Positions 12,202 through 26,889 of a DNA stretch of 64,000 nt are shown here, piece after piece. The position numbers and the translations under genes were made by a program. The stretch comes from Octopus vulgaris (taxonomy: Eukaryota). The first letter of the stretch is position 1. The number at the start of each line of letters is the position of its first letter. Where the stretch lies: contig OX597823.1 of assembly GCA_951406725.2 (NCBI GenBank), positions 102,424,001 through 102,488,000 on the forward strand, written 5' to 3'. The notes below the pieces were generated by a model. It was given only the letters and a program-made list of their open reading frames with translations. It did not search any database and was not told the origin of the DNA.

Positions 12202-13695
12202 TCCACTGTTATTTGTATTATAAATTCAATAACCAGCTGAAGGAGAGAAGGTATAATTTAGCATACCTCCTCTTTCTATCTTTTAAATTTATCAATTCTT
12301 ATCTCGTTTAGCCCACCGTCATATCTCTCAAGCTGTCTCCTTCATTCTCATTCCTTCCCTACTTCTATTTTTTTTTATCCACCTTTGGTTACTTGTACCT
12401 CTCAGGGTCACCATAACCTCTTACATTCCGTTCACATTCAGTGTTATCATTTACACAGCTAATCTTCCTCTAAGCTCCAGTCTTTTTCTCTGTAAACATT
12501 TCCTGACTGTCCTTCAAAAAAATGTTCGCATTTATTTCTCAAACCTACTCTACTAGATTCAGTACACAACTTTGTGTGTGTGTGTGTGTGTGTGTGCGAT
12601 GATTTTATATCATAATGGGTGACAGTTACTTCTCAGAGGAGTTGTCTAGTTGCTTGACTAAACTTATTACTGTCACCCTTTATAATATAAAAAAAAATAC
12701 ATGTATCTACTCTATATTGTGTATTGAATTCTACATCAGATAATGCTGAGGTAACCCATTCATCCAGATATGTTAATCACTCACATTATTAATATGTATA
12801 TATGTATGTATATATATATATATATATATATACACATACATACATTCATACACCCCTGCATACATGCACACACACACATGCACAAACACGCACGCATGCA
12901 CACAATATCTAGTGACTGACTGGTTAAATCATAAGAATTCTGGGCTTTGATGACAAGGGTTACAAGCAGTAGTTGTTATAATTGATTATAATCCCGTCAT
13001 CAAATTGATCTTGTCCTTTGGTAAATTTGATCCTGATGCCTAGAGATACACTGGACAGCAGCAGATGTTCTAAGTGAATTTGTACTGAAAGAAAAGTCCA
13101 TTTCTAAAAGTAATATATTTATTAAACTTGACCTTTTTTCTTTTTGTTTGTTATTTTTTCTTTTTTTTTTCTGCTATTGGTTTTGGATGAGACAAGACTT
13201 AGTTGACATGCCTTCATGTAAAAATAGTACATTATGAAGAAGGACCTTTTTATTTATGTATTTCGTTCCTATTATCTCCTTGAAATCTCATTTGTAACAA
13301 TGAAAAGTAAAACAATGAATATATTTTATTTTTTTCTTCTGGGAAGTGGAATTGGTTCAAATAAGATTTTTTTCTTGATCTTTTATTGTTTGCAACTTAT
13401 TTCCTTCACTTGCAACTGGTTTAATTTAATAAATTGTAAAATAAGATTTTTAAAGAACTCTTACAAATTTGACAGAGAGGAATAAGTTTATGGGATCCAA
13501 TTTTACCATCAGTTTGGTTCTTGATTAAATTTGTTGGTCTGGTCTCTAAAATCAAATTATCTCTTGTCACAACTGATTTCCAATCACAAACCAAATCTAA
13601 ACAATCTTAGAATTACTCCTACTAAATTTTACTGCAATAATGGTATTTTTATTTTCTACTCATTTCAATCAATATTCTCTGTGTTTGCTTTTAGG

Positions 13696-13697
<2 letters not shown>

Positions 13698-13764
<67 letters not shown>

Positions 13765-13808
13765 CATATGTGTATACACACACACACACACACATATATA
13801 ATATATAT

Positions 13809-13870
<62 letters not shown>

Positions 13871-14075
13871 CATATGTGTATACACACACATACACACACA
13901 TGCCTACACACACACACACACATATATAATAATTATATATATATATATATACATACATATGTGTGTATACACACACACACATATAATAATTATATATATG
14001 TGTGTGTGTGTGTATGTATTTATATGTATATGTGTGTATATGTATGTATGTATCTATATGTATTCACACACACAT
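13698..14075. repeat. Compound (TA)n/(CA)n microsatellite
   Basis: Directly visible. Confidence 0.95.
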
Positions 14076-15674
14076 TATGAAAGTCCACTCAGTGGTGAGT
14101 ATGACCATTGCTTGTTAATGAGGTGCAAAGCAAAGATTGCTTTTATGTCCAGTTGATGATCTGCAACTTTTTACACGGCCGTTGCATACAAGTTTGTTCT
14201 CTGTTGAATGCAATGTAGGATCATAACATTTGGCATTGTATGCAGACTCGTGTGTTTTCAGACAGACATATGTACTTTCATGTGGCAAAGATTTATTAAC
14301 AGATTGCTTTGGTTCATGCTTTCTCGAGTGACTAACTAGACCAGCCTTAGCCAGATAAACTCAGTTGTAAGTTGAACATTTGAAGAGGAACTATTAATAT
14401 CTATATTTCGGATCAGGAAGTGCATCTCAAGAAATTCTGTTCTGGTCAACAGATATGAACCTTAGAATAACAGACGTGAAAAATGTGATGATGATGATGA
14501 TGACATTATTATCACAGAGTAATACTATAAACCTCTGTAATTAATGTTATCAATGAGTCATGGATAGCATAAGATGCATATACTTTGGATAACACTCTGA
14601 ATCAAAAACAGACCTTGTGTTCAAGCCAAGCCAAAAAGTACATAGCAATAGGGCCCCTGGAGACAGCTGGAAAATTTACTGTCAATGTAAAGAATCGAAA
14701 CACAAAAGACGTGGTCAATAGAGCCAAAAACCAAGTTGCCTGCTTCTCTAGGATACACATTAACACAAACCTGGATATAAATTGTTAGTAGACATGGCTC
14801 TCCTTAATTTTTAAAATTCTGTGATTGAGATTTTTGTTGTTATGTATCCCACTGCGTGGCACTTGGGGGCGTTTTCCAAGCTGGCATGGGTTGGATGTTT
14901 CAACAGGAACTGGCAAGCCAGAGAACTGCATCAAGCTTCAATGTCAACTTTGGCATCGTTTCTACAGCCAGATGCCTTGCCTAATGCCAAGGGTTAACTA
15001 ATACTTTGTGAGTGAAATTTGGTTGATGGAAACTGCATAGAAGCCTTCTGTGTACGTGTTTGCATATCTTTGCATTGACACAGCGTGGGTGAGTGGTGAT
15101 GTCTGTTTACATCCTGAAGCTCAACAGTTCAACATGGGAAAAACTTATGGGACAAAGTAACTCACTTGAAAAGCAAAGAAAAGTTAGTGTCAGGAAATGC
15201 TTTCAGCTGTTTCATACTGCCTCAGAAAGTTCTGGCCAACCAATACCAGCTTGAGAAAACCAAAATGATGATAATATTATGAGAGGGGAATGTGGTGAGC
15301 TGGTAGAATCATCAGAGCATTGGATAAAATGGTTTGTGGTATTTATTCTGGCTCTTTACATTCTGAGGTCAAATCCTACTGACTTTGCTTCTCATCTCTC
15401 CAAGGTTGGTAAGATTAAAGTAATAATCAAAAACTGGGGTTGATGGTATTGACCAAATATCTCCCCTCAAGATTATGTGCCTAAACTAGAAACAGATGTT
15501 ATTATCACAAGAGGATTCTACAAACCCTTATAAGTCATGGGTTAGGTACCTCTCATCTAAATGTTTAAACATTCTACAAAAACAAAACAAACCAAACTAT
15601 AAACTTCTCAAATAATTAGTAATTATCATTAAATGAACATCAACTGGATTGCTTTCTCTCATTTTGTGTTCTTA

Positions 15675-15840
15675 CCATATTTATTCATGTATAAGTGACA
15701 CCCCTAAAATAGTGTTAAATCTTGGTACAAAATTTTTTCCCTTCATAGTTTAAGTTTTGTCCTGTGTATAAGTTGCACCCCAGTTTTTCCAGTCAAAACC
15801 AAGTGTAAAAATAGTGTGAATTACACACAAGTAAATACAG
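15675..15840. mobile_element. Small Tc1/pogo-type MITE
   Basis: TA flanks; degenerate ~20-bp TIRs ccatatttattcatgtataa / ttacacacaagtaaatacag. Confidence 0.5.
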
Positions 15841-16744
15841 TATATATAAATGAGGCTTTGGTAATTCCATTGATTTTGTTTCTTATTCTGCAGCTTTTTA
15901 TACTTAAAAATGGTTTAACTATTTTATATTTACCTGAGTTAGGAAAAAACCTTCAAAACCAATAATTTGATTGAAATCTTCCATTTCTCATCAAGAACCA
16001 GATCTAGTTATTTTGAATTAATAATATTTGAACCAAAGAGGAATGTATTTTTTTTTGTTTTTTGCCATGTGTTTATCATTTTGATTTGGTTGATTATGAA
16101 GTTTACATAAACATCCCTTCCCACCAAATCAATGCCGTTAATTTTTTGTGTTGTTCTTGTATAAAAGTGAAAAAAAAAAGGACAAAACCTGCAAGAGAAT
16201 TAACCTGAATAATTACTAACTCATGAAATATTTTTTAAAAACTATTTTTGCCTTTTCGATTTGTACATAGTTCGTGTCGAAGAAAACAAAATCCGTTCCA
16301 GCTTTTATAATTAACCTTCAATATAAATAAATAAATAACATTTCATTATTAAAGAATCTGTCACATCATTCATTCAACAAACAATTCCAAGGGAAAGCTG
16401 TTTTCAAAATCATTTTTATTCAGATTAGCAGCTTAAGAGGTATAAAGGAACTCATTAAATCATGAAATGTGTGTGTGTGTGTGTGTGTGTATAAGACCTG
16501 AGGAGTGGCTACATTGGAAAAATTCAGAGTAGGACTGCAAAGCATCTCCTTTTGTGTGAGTGAATGACTTGGACAAATGGTGACTCACACTTTGCCTCCT
16601 CTCCTGACCAGTGTCACAATGAGAACTCCCAGAAAATGGCATCAAATATCTGAGGGGGAGTTAATGACTATATTTTCATGGTAATTGACAGAAGATTCTT
16701 TGATTAAATATATATTTACCAACATCAATAAACTCTAACCATGC

Positions 16745-16954
<210 letters not shown>

Positions 16955-19900
16955 GCAAAGCTCGTCAATAATTGATTTCAAAATATGAGATTTAACTCGA
17001 AAAACGACATAACACAAAAAATATTTTAAGAAATTTATTAGCTTATATCTGTTTTAATAAATTGTTTATTCATATTTTCGCATGTATTTTATTTGATTTT
17101 CCACCCCAGTATAGGTTTTTAAGTGTTTTTTTTTTAATTTTTAAAAGTTTATGCTTTTAGATATGTTTGTGAGAACAACATAAAGTTATATAAATAAACT
17201 GGAGTTCAGATTTATTTTTTTCCATTAATTTCTTAAAAGTAAAAAGAAAACCATGAAACTATGTAAGTTGAGTTGTTGCATGTAGAGAAAGAAAGTTTCA
17301 AACAGAATAGGTCTTCCAAGTTAAAGATACATGCAAATCCAATGATGACTTCTTAATGTAAGAAGGTGGTACTATTAAGTTAGATATGGCCTGGGCCAAT
17401 ACTGGCCAAAACCTATCAAAATAACCTGCTAGTTCAGAAAATCCAACACTGAATGTCATTGTTATAAGAAATGCATGAGTAACCCTCTATGTGGTCACTC
17501 AACTTACTAGATGTAGCAGTGAAATTTCCCTCAAATCACACCCTGCCATTTTGGGAATGGGATGCATACTTAGGATAACATGCACTTCTAAAGTTACTAG
17601 ACAAGCATGGCTGGGATGTCTTTGATCATATGCCTGCTCAATAAGCTCTGACCTAGGGTCGAACAATGAGGGCATCAATATATAATAAGGAACTGTATAA
17701 CATGATTGAGAAATATCAACTTATTTGATGTTCTACTTTATACAATTTTCAACACAGAGGACGAAGTTGGTGATAATGTTATGTGTGTGTGATAGAGGTT
17801 TATATGATTGACATGAGTTAATATATAAGAGACGAGCTTTCAAAACCCATTTTGTAGAGTTTAATGCAACAAAAATGCTATAACTCTATGACCTAAGGCA
17901 GCTATAATTTTGCTTTGCTAAGTTCTGCTACATTTCATAATCATGTCCAGTAGAGTGTCTTTTTAACACTATGGAAGAAAGAAAGTGGCTAAAGCATATT
18001 TATGTGAAAAAATTCTAACTGCCCTAGGTTTTATCATTTGACTGTGTTACATATCATGTTAGTTGAACCACAAGAGAAATTGTGTACCAAGAACACCATC
18101 TATCAGGGGAAAAAAAGTAAGGGAGGCAAGTAGTGTTGGGATTGCCAATATGCTAAAAAATGTTGTTGAGTCAACCAGCTACCTGGTGTGGCTTGCATTA
18201 TAAAATCATTATATTTGTATATCTGATAAGATGTAAAGGTTATTAAAGGCGAGAAATGCATTATTCAAAACCATTTCTCAGATATCAACCAATGATATTG
18301 TTTATATGCGTGTAGATAATGATACAATAAAACTTTATTAAAACTCTTTTTTTCCTTTTTTCCTTAATCTAGTAACTCCAAATAACATTCACAAACTCTC
18401 ATAGAAAAATTTACCCAATTAATCAATGTCTACAACAATGTTTGAAGAGGCATTACCACTTTCTCTAACAATACACATTCTTATGATTGATTTGAATCTT
18501 AAATTAATAGATTGAATGATCCCCATAGCTGGCTGATAAATGTTTTATTAGTCTGTGTTTTGACAGTCCATATCCTTTTACCAATCTGAGTTATGTCCAT
18601 AGTAAAAAAACACTTGACTTTTGTAGTAAAGCTTCTACCAAAGTTCAAAACTCTCTCACCCACAATTCTAGCTTAGAACATCAGCATAGTTATATTTCTA
18701 AGCATGAATACCTACGTGAACATAGTTCGACTAATCAGAATTGGCCAAGATATAACAATTGATGTAGTGAACCTTAAAAGAAGTGCATAAATTTTCTTGT
18801 TAAATTCAACCGAAAGTTCTAGAAGTTTGACTAAGTGTTTTAAAAAAACTAGCTAACTAAACACCAGTTCCAACCATCCAGAAGTCCACATAGAGTCATG
18901 TTGTTCGGCTCTGTGAAATGGTCCCTCATCCTCTTCTATGTTTCCTTTGATGCTACATAGAACTATGTCACTCAATGCCATGACAGCTGTTCTCAATTTT
19001 TTTAATTGTTTCACCTAGAACAACCTAAGGTGCTATTCAAAGCTGCATAAGTCAGTTTTCTGATGAAGTGTTCTCATTCTTTCCACTTAAGTTGTTCCTA
19101 GCAATGATGAGCTGTCTTCATATTGCTATTAAACAAACTATTCAGTGAAAACATGTATATATTTCGTGCGATATCTCTTGAATGATGATTTATTTACTCA
19201 ACTGTTGTAAATATGTAAATACAAATGTTCTGAGATTAATAAAAACTATGGAAATGCATATAAATATCAGTGTGGTCATTATGAATGTAACATTGCAGCC
19301 ACCAGATGTCATCCATCAATAACTATTTAACAACCCTAATACCACACTAAATGTTTGATGATTTTGTTAACCAATCCAGAAATAGGTACCATATGGTCAA
19401 CAAGGCAGTCTCTGTTTGGTAACTTGATATGCTACAAATAGCAACAAAATTCCTTTCAAATCTCACCTTACGATCTTAAAACTTGAAGCAGTCTTTGAAT
19501 AATTTAATCCTGGATAATACTGTCTAAAATAAGATGGGGCAATTCTGGCTGGAATATTTTGATCTCGACTAAACAACAACACCGTATAGTTCACAACTGT
19601 AAAATCAGCAAATGTTTTGTTTCTATAACTATTTAGTTCCTGCTCAGACTCAGACTCACACTTCAACAGTGTCTCCAGCCATCTCAGTCCATCATGCATT
19701 TTTCCCGTTCACCAATAGTTTCTCTCTTCAACGTCTCCCTTTAGTACATCCTCATATGTTGATATAAGACATTCTTTGTTTTGATGCATTTGTGTACTGG
19801 ATCCCATAGCACCTGTAGGCCGGCTGGCTGGCTGGCTGGCTAGCTGGAACTCTCAGTATCTCCTACAGCGGAATTAGACGATTGGGTGCACTTGTTCAAA

Positions 19901-21099
19901 CAGTGAAGATTTGGCACAGTTCAAATCTATAAATTTTAGAACCTATAAATTTTATCTTTCTATTTGTTTTAGTCAATGGACTGCGGCCTTATTGGGTTGC
20001 TACCTTAAAAGGCAGTAGGAAGTGATTTGAGGTAGTTTGGGATGCTATTTCTAGTTGTAGATCGAGTGGCTACGTAGAGACTTTTACATTGGTTTGCGAG
20101 TATCGTCCTATCTACTCATAATAATGTTAAAGGTTGTATGCAGTCTCAGTTCAAGTACTGATCAATACTGATCAGTCTCAGATCCATAGTAAGAGTTAGA
20201 CTTTGCTTCTTTGAAACGGTCCAGTAAGTTCGAAAGGTCTTGAGTTATCTGTTTTGCTTAAAGTGCACACTCGCCACTGCATTCCATACTTAATTATACT
20301 GAATTAAAATTTCAGGGTTGTCTCCCTCTGTGTGTTTTAACCAGAATTAACCAGTTAGATAAAGAGTTATTCTCATCAATAAGAGTATGATTTTGATAGA
20401 TTAAAATTTGTTGGTTTATTATATTAAGTATGCTAATGTCTACTTTACTATGTAGTTTTTATGCAGCTGGCGTTTCAGGCTATCTTTTCCCGTCATTTAC
20501 ATACTGTAAAACACGCATTTCCCGAGAAGGTTGACTGGTATATTGATGACTAAAACCAGCTATGAAATAATTTTCATTGTTATTAAATCTTAGCTCAGTC
20601 CTGCTCGAGCAGACCTATGACAAAAGCATTCTATTTGTAGCCATCGAACCATTTTCATTTCTTTTTTTGTCTTACATAATGTATCTATCACTCCATTATC
20701 CTATGTATCCCAACTTCTTTAAGACGGTAATATGTGATGTGAAGGAAAATTTTGATTGGTACTTCTAGAATGTAGTGCGATCTCATAGAGGCTCCACTGT
20801 TGGCTCATGAAATGACTTTCGTTGCTGAAAAGAAGAGAGAAAGAGAGGGAGGATAATTTAATAGAAATCAACCAAATTTTAATGGACACTTTCACTCATC
20901 GACTTAGCTAAAGTAGTGAGATGTGATTTAAATATCCATATTCTTGCTTTCATTTTAAGTGATTCTAATTAACATAGCAGTTCTTAAACTTCTCTCTGAA
21001 CAAATATACTAAGAATAGACGTCTCTTTTTTTTATTTCATTTATTTATTTTTTAACGAAATGTCAGTTTCATAAATGGTTTTCTTGTTACATAACTGAT

Positions 21100-21110
21100 G
21101 ATAGACAGAC

Positions 21111-21197
<87 letters not shown>

Positions 21198-21200
21198 TAG
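21100..21200. repeat. (GATA)n(GACA)n tetranucleotide microsatellite
   Basis: Directly visible. Confidence 0.95.
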
Positions 21201-21431
21201 ATATTACAATTTTCAATAAATTGTAAACCTGAATCCACTTCCCCCAACCCTTCTCTCTTTAGAATTTAAATTTTTATTTGCTGAATTTCTCTTCTGAAAA
21301 CACCTCTTGATTTACAACAAGCTCTTAGCATTCAGATTATTATTTATTTTACATTTAAAATTATATTTAGCTGAATCTGTGAGATCAGGCAGGTACAGAA
21401 AACCTGACGGTATCTTATATATATATATATA

Positions 21432-21625
21432 TAGTTGAAATTTACAGAAAAACAAAAGACGAAGACAGGTATATGAACAACAATCCAGTGTATTAGTTTG
21501 ACGTTCGGGAAAGTGAGAAAGTCTTTTATGTTTCGAGCCTACGCTCTTCAACAAAAAGGAATAAGAGAAACTAAACCGAGAGAGAGAGAATAAAAAAGCT
21601 TGTAGATTTAGCAATCAAGCATGGC
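21432..21625 (-). mobile_element. PLE-tail remnant with degenerate minimal HHR (21522-21560)
   Basis: Reverse complement reads ttgttga-a-gagcgtaggctc-gaaacataaaaga; abuts (TA)n. Confidence 0.6.
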
Positions 21626-21749
21626 AAAGAAAGACAATTAGAAGCCACCTTTGTATTCTCCTATGACTGTTTCTTTGAGAAGTTCTATTGCTAAGGAAAT
21701 CACTGAGGAATCGATCGTTGATCTGATGGTTAAGGAGAGATTGTGTCTG

Positions 21750-23935
21750 AAGCTTTACACGTCACTAATTTCTGATCCGTGTAGGATATATAAATAAACT
21801 GTGAACAGCTAAAGGAGGACCTGTCTCTAGTATTCACTACTATCCTGTCCATATGAGACCTGAGAGATCCGTCGTTATTACTCCAAGTCTACATTGAGTC
21901 TGAATCGATCTGCCAACCTAAATCGCTTCAGCAGATCGATGAGACGTGAGTTACGTTTCCAACCGGTTGAGCCAACGTTATCTAAGCGTGCGTCTAGAAT
22001 AGTGTTAAAGTCTCCTAACATTACTATTGTCTTTGACGTCACTAGAAAGTCCTCCAAGCGTCGATAGAACTCATTCCGTTTTCCTGCTGTGCAAGGTGCG
22101 TAAATGCCAATCAACCTGAAGATTTTACCACTGAAAGTCAGATCCAGAACGACTGTATCACATTCCAGGTCTACAAAGATTGCACTTGTCTGCAGAGCCA
22201 AGCTTTTTCCGATCAGAACCACAACACCACCCCATCCCTCTGTCCGACTAGGAGACATGATTTTCTCATAGTCAACTTGGTCTCTGTAGCAACCATAATA
22301 TCAATTTTGTGACCTGAGGTCGTCGAGGAAACAGGCTTGCTTCCACTTCGAACTCATGCCACGCACATTCAGACAGCCTAGTGCAGCCATGTCAAAAATC
22401 AAGAAAAGAAGGAAATTTGCCTGCCTTAATCCAGGGGGATCGTTCTCTGTATCACTGAGACTTGGACCACCCACTTCGTCTCTTCTAAGGTAGGTTCCTT
22501 CGGCGGATCGAACACTTTGGGCATGTCTATTAGTTCAGCTATCTCTTTTGAATATCTGTTTTTCAGATCTTTGTAAAGATCTCGGGGTATTTTTGCGATA
22601 CTGTTTGGGTTTTTGGCATGACCAGTCCGGTAAATGTTGCATTTTAAGTGGGGCTTGATTATCCCCATCATGGTATTATTAGTGTTTTTAAACACTACAG
22701 TGGTCCTTTCCTTTAAATTATGAGTGATGTCTATTTTTTGAAAGGCTCGTAATTTTTTCTTCTCTTTCTTTTTTCTTTCCTCCGGGTTGTTTTTCTTTCT
22801 TTCCTTAGTTTTCGAAGCTGCTTCTTTGCTTGGTGACTCCGTTACTTTTTTAGGCCTTTTTCGCGACACCGTTTCGAAGTTCATTTCTTCTACTGACGGT
22901 GCCGCTTCGGCCGGCTCCCTTTCGGGTTCTAATTCGGTGGTCGCCCTCTGTGTAACTGTATCCGTGGCCAGGGGCACCGCATCCTCTGTATTCTCCACTC
23001 GTTCGTTCTCCTGTACCTTTTCCCTTTGTGGAGGGAAGCATTTTGACCTCAGGTGCCCCTTTTTTCTACATTTGAAGCATCTGGGCTTCCTCCCCTCCAC
23101 GTGTACTGCTAGCACGATATCCTCACCGAACAGAATCCTTTCAGGCAAATTTTCCAAATCAATCATGGCAGCTTGAACCAGGACCTCCAGCTCTGTGCTG
23201 CGTCTCTTGTTATTTGTATGACACCCATTTTATCCTCCCTCTCGCAAAGCAGCGTGGCCAGTATCCATACCACTTCCACCTCCGGCGGGATATTCTTAAT
23301 TTCAATCCGAGACGCTCCACATTCCAGATATAGTGGTAATATCACAATCCCACCATTTTGCAAGGTTCAAGTCGATAATTCTTTGGCCTTCTCAACCGAC
23401 TCGAACCTTGCCTTCACTGTTGCGAATCTTGTACCTTATCTGGCCCGAGACAGCCCCCCATTGCACCCTCTTCCAGGTGCTCAAAATGCTCCTTCTCGGC
23501 GTTGCAAGTCTTATTCACAATTGAGCTAGTTATTGGTTCTGCTCAAAATTTCGCTGGGGCGCAATCCCACATTTGCTGTACGAGGCCTGAACTTCCTCCC
23601 CCTTCTATGTGATTATTTCACTTCTTCCCACAACGGAGGAACTTCCCCCCACTGAAGACACCCGTTTTCAAAAGCCTTCACAAAAACAACAACAAAGCAC
23701 GTTCCAAAATGGAACACAGCCCGCACAAAATAAACAATAATTTCAACAATAACTTACTGCAAAATCAACTTTACAATGCTTCCCTTACGGGAAATCACAA
23801 CAAAAAAATTAACAATTCCTTCAAGCAGGCAACAATAACACCAACCTTACAGGTATAACAGCTTACACTCAGTCCCAGCCAATAACTAGCTCAAACAAAA
23901 GGTTCACGCTAACTGACTTTGGCTTACGGAGTTCT
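21750..23935 (-). mobile_element. Tx1/L1-like LINE, 5' part only (5'UTR, ORF1 with CCHC knuckle, APE endonuclease), disrupted
   Basis: ORF1 22426-~23650 contains VEGRKPRCFKCRKKGHLRSKC. EN starts at 22390 (GCLNVRGM, IYAP, LGDFN) and continues after a break as DGSLRSHMDRI...SYTDQKLV to ~21750. No RT. Confidence 0.88.
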
Positions 23936-24053
23936 TGTTCTTATAACTATCCAAAACTAGCCAGAAGGATAGACATATTGTTGAGAACAATAGATTTCGT
24001 TAGCAGTCTGTTATCAATATCTGTTTCAACACATCAAAAATCTTGCAAAACAA

Positions 24054-24124
<71 letters not shown>

Positions 24125-24228
24125 TAATCCAAACAAGAAAACACAGAAAAAAAGAGAAAAAAACACACCAACGCGAGGACGTGGAACAATTAAAGTATTA
24201 TTGACGCTCAGGAAAGAAGGGAAGGAGG

Positions 24229-24263
24229 GTTTAACGTTTCGAGCGGAGCTCTTCGTCGGAAAC
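24229..24263 (-). ncRNA. Minimal type I HHR (U4C variant)
   Basis: Reverse complement: gttt-CCGACGA-a-gagc-tcc-gctc-GAAAC-GTT-aaac. Confidence 0.65.
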
Positions 24264-24409
24264 AAGGAGAAGGAAAGATCCCAAGAAGGGAAGACAGAGG
24301 AAAAAATATTTTTGCTGGTGGTGCTTAAGAGATCACATGTTGAAAGAACAGAAGTTGAGAGGTAGACGAATCATGATTTTTAAAAGCAAGAGAGTTTTAA
24401 AAAAAAGGG

Positions 24410-26795
24410 AATGTGTGTGGGTGCGTGTGTGTGTGCAAGGGTGACAAGTGTGTTTGTGCGTGCGTGTGTGTGTGTGTGTGTATGTGTGGTGAATAATAAG
24501 CAATGGCAAGTTAGCTGTCACAAGGCACTCCTTTATGACAGCTAGCTTGTTTGTATCCAGCCAGGTCAAAAAACAAAGGGATATATGTATCATGTGTGTG
24601 TGTTGTTTGTAGTGTGTGTGTGTGTGCATGTGTGTGTTCGTGTGTGTATGCGTAGAGTGTGGGTGTGTGGCGAGTAACTGCTTAACCTAGTGTATGTGTG
24701 CGTGTGTGCTTGTACGTGCGTGTGTGTGTAGGGATGTGTGTGGGTTCATTTGTGTGAGTATGTATGTATGTACGTGTATGTGTGTGCGTGTATGTGTGCG
24801 TTTGTATGTGTTTGTGTGTATGTGTGCGTGCGCGGATAGGTGTATATTGTGTATGTATATCTATCGGTGTGTATGTGAGTTTGTGTGTGTTTGTACGTGT
24901 GTATGTGTGTGTGAGTGTATAGTATATATATGTAAATGTGTGTGTGTGTGTGCGTCTGTGTGTATGTGCGTGCGAGTGAATGTATGTATATATGTGTGCG
25001 TGTGTGTACAATGTAGAGGCTTATATGTGTGTTTATATGTGTATGTGTGTATGTGTGTATGTATGTGTATGTATGTATGTATATGTATGCGTGTGTGTAT
25101 GTATGTATGTGTGTATGTGTGTGTGTATGTATGCGTGTGTGTATGTATGTATGTGTGTATGTGTGTGTGTATGTGTGTATGTATGTATGTGTGTGTATGT
25201 ATGTGTGTGTATGTATGTATGTACGTACGTATGTATGTATGTGTGTGTATGTGTGTAAGTGTGTGTATGTATGTATGTATGTATGTACGTATGTGTGTAT
25301 GTATGTATTTATGCATGCGTGTATGTGTGTATGTGCGTGTGTGTACATATGTATGTATATGTATGTGTGTGTATGTATGTATCTATGTATCTATGTATGT
25401 AGTGTATGTATGTGTGTGTATGTATGTATATATGTGTGTGTATGTATGTATGTACTGGTGTATGTGTGTAAGTGTGTGTGTATGTATGTATGTACTGGTG
25501 TATGTGTGTAAGTGTGTGTGTATGTGTATGTATGTATGTATATGTACGCGTGTGTGAATGTATGTATGTGTGTATGTGTATGTGTGTATAGTATGTATGT
25601 GTGTGTATGTAAGTGTATGTATGTATGTGTGCATGTGTGTATGTGTGCATGTGTGTGTCTGTATGTATGTATGTTTATGTATGTGTGTGTGTATGTATAT
25701 ATGTGTCTATGTATGTATGTGTGTATGTATGTGTGTATGTGTGTGTGTATGTATGTGTGTGTGTATGTATGTAAGTGTGTGTGTGTATGTATGTGCGTAT
25801 GTATGTGTGTATGTATGTGTATATATGTATGTATGTGTGCATGCGTGTATGTGTGTATGTGCGTGTGTGTACGTATGTGTGTATATGTATGTGTGTGTGT
25901 ATGTATGTATATGTATGTGCGTGTGTATGTGTGTATATATCTATGTATGTGTGTATGTGTGTGTATGTATGTGTGTATTCGTGTATGTGTGTATGTGTGT
26001 GTGTATGTATGTATGTATGTATGTATATGTATGTGTGTGTATGTGTGTATGTGTGTGTATGTGTGTATGTATGTGTATGTGTGTGTGTATGTGTGTGTAT
26101 GTATGTTTGTGTGTGTGTGTATGTGTGTATGTATGTGTGTATGTATGTATGTATGTATGTGTGTACGTGTGTATATGTATGTATGTATGTGTGTGTATGT
26201 ATGTGTGCGTGCGTGTGTGTGGGGGTATGTGTGTGTATGTATGTGTGTATGTATATGTATGTGTGTGTATGTATGTATGTATGTATGTATGTATGTATGT
26301 ATGTGTGTATGTATGTGTGTGTGTGAATGTGTATGTGTATATGTGTGTGTGTGTATGTATGTGTATGTATGTGTGTGTGTATGTATGTATGAATGTATGT
26401 ATGTATTTATGTATGTATGTATGCGTGTGTGTGTATGTATGTATGTATAAATGTATCTATGTATGTATTATGTGTGTGTACGTATGTATGTGTGTGTGTG
26501 AATATATGCGTGTGGGTGGTTGGAGTTGTGTGGGCGTAAGGTACATGCGCGTGCTTGTGTGCGTGTGTGCGCTTACGTGCGTGTATTTGTGCGTCTCAGC
26601 TAGGTGTTTATAGGAGTGTGCGTATCTGTATGAGTATTGTCCCTGGTGTGTGTGCACGGGCATGTGTGTGTGTGCGCGTGGGGGGGTGTATAGGTGTGGA
26701 AGTATGTGTGCGTACATGTGCATGTACGTTGTGTGTGTGTGGTGTGTTGGGAGTAGGTGTGTTCGTGGGTACGTGAGTATGTGTGTGTGTGTGAC
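24410..26795. repeat. ~2.4-kb compound (GT)n/(GTAT)n microsatellite
   Basis: Directly visible; source of the spurious CVCV/THTH ORFs. Confidence 0.95.
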
Positions 26796-26889
26796 TGCTT
26801 AAGGACAATTATAAAAATTAAAAAATATAAAATAAAAAATAAATAATAAATAAAAAAAGATGCTAGTGGGGAGAAGTGGAGCGCAGTCA

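Noticed and set aside
22787-23529. + strand ORFs of 118-129 aa (and similar antisense ORFs at 45358, 47262, 49040, 59905)
   Set aside because: Antisense shadows of TE coding sequence.
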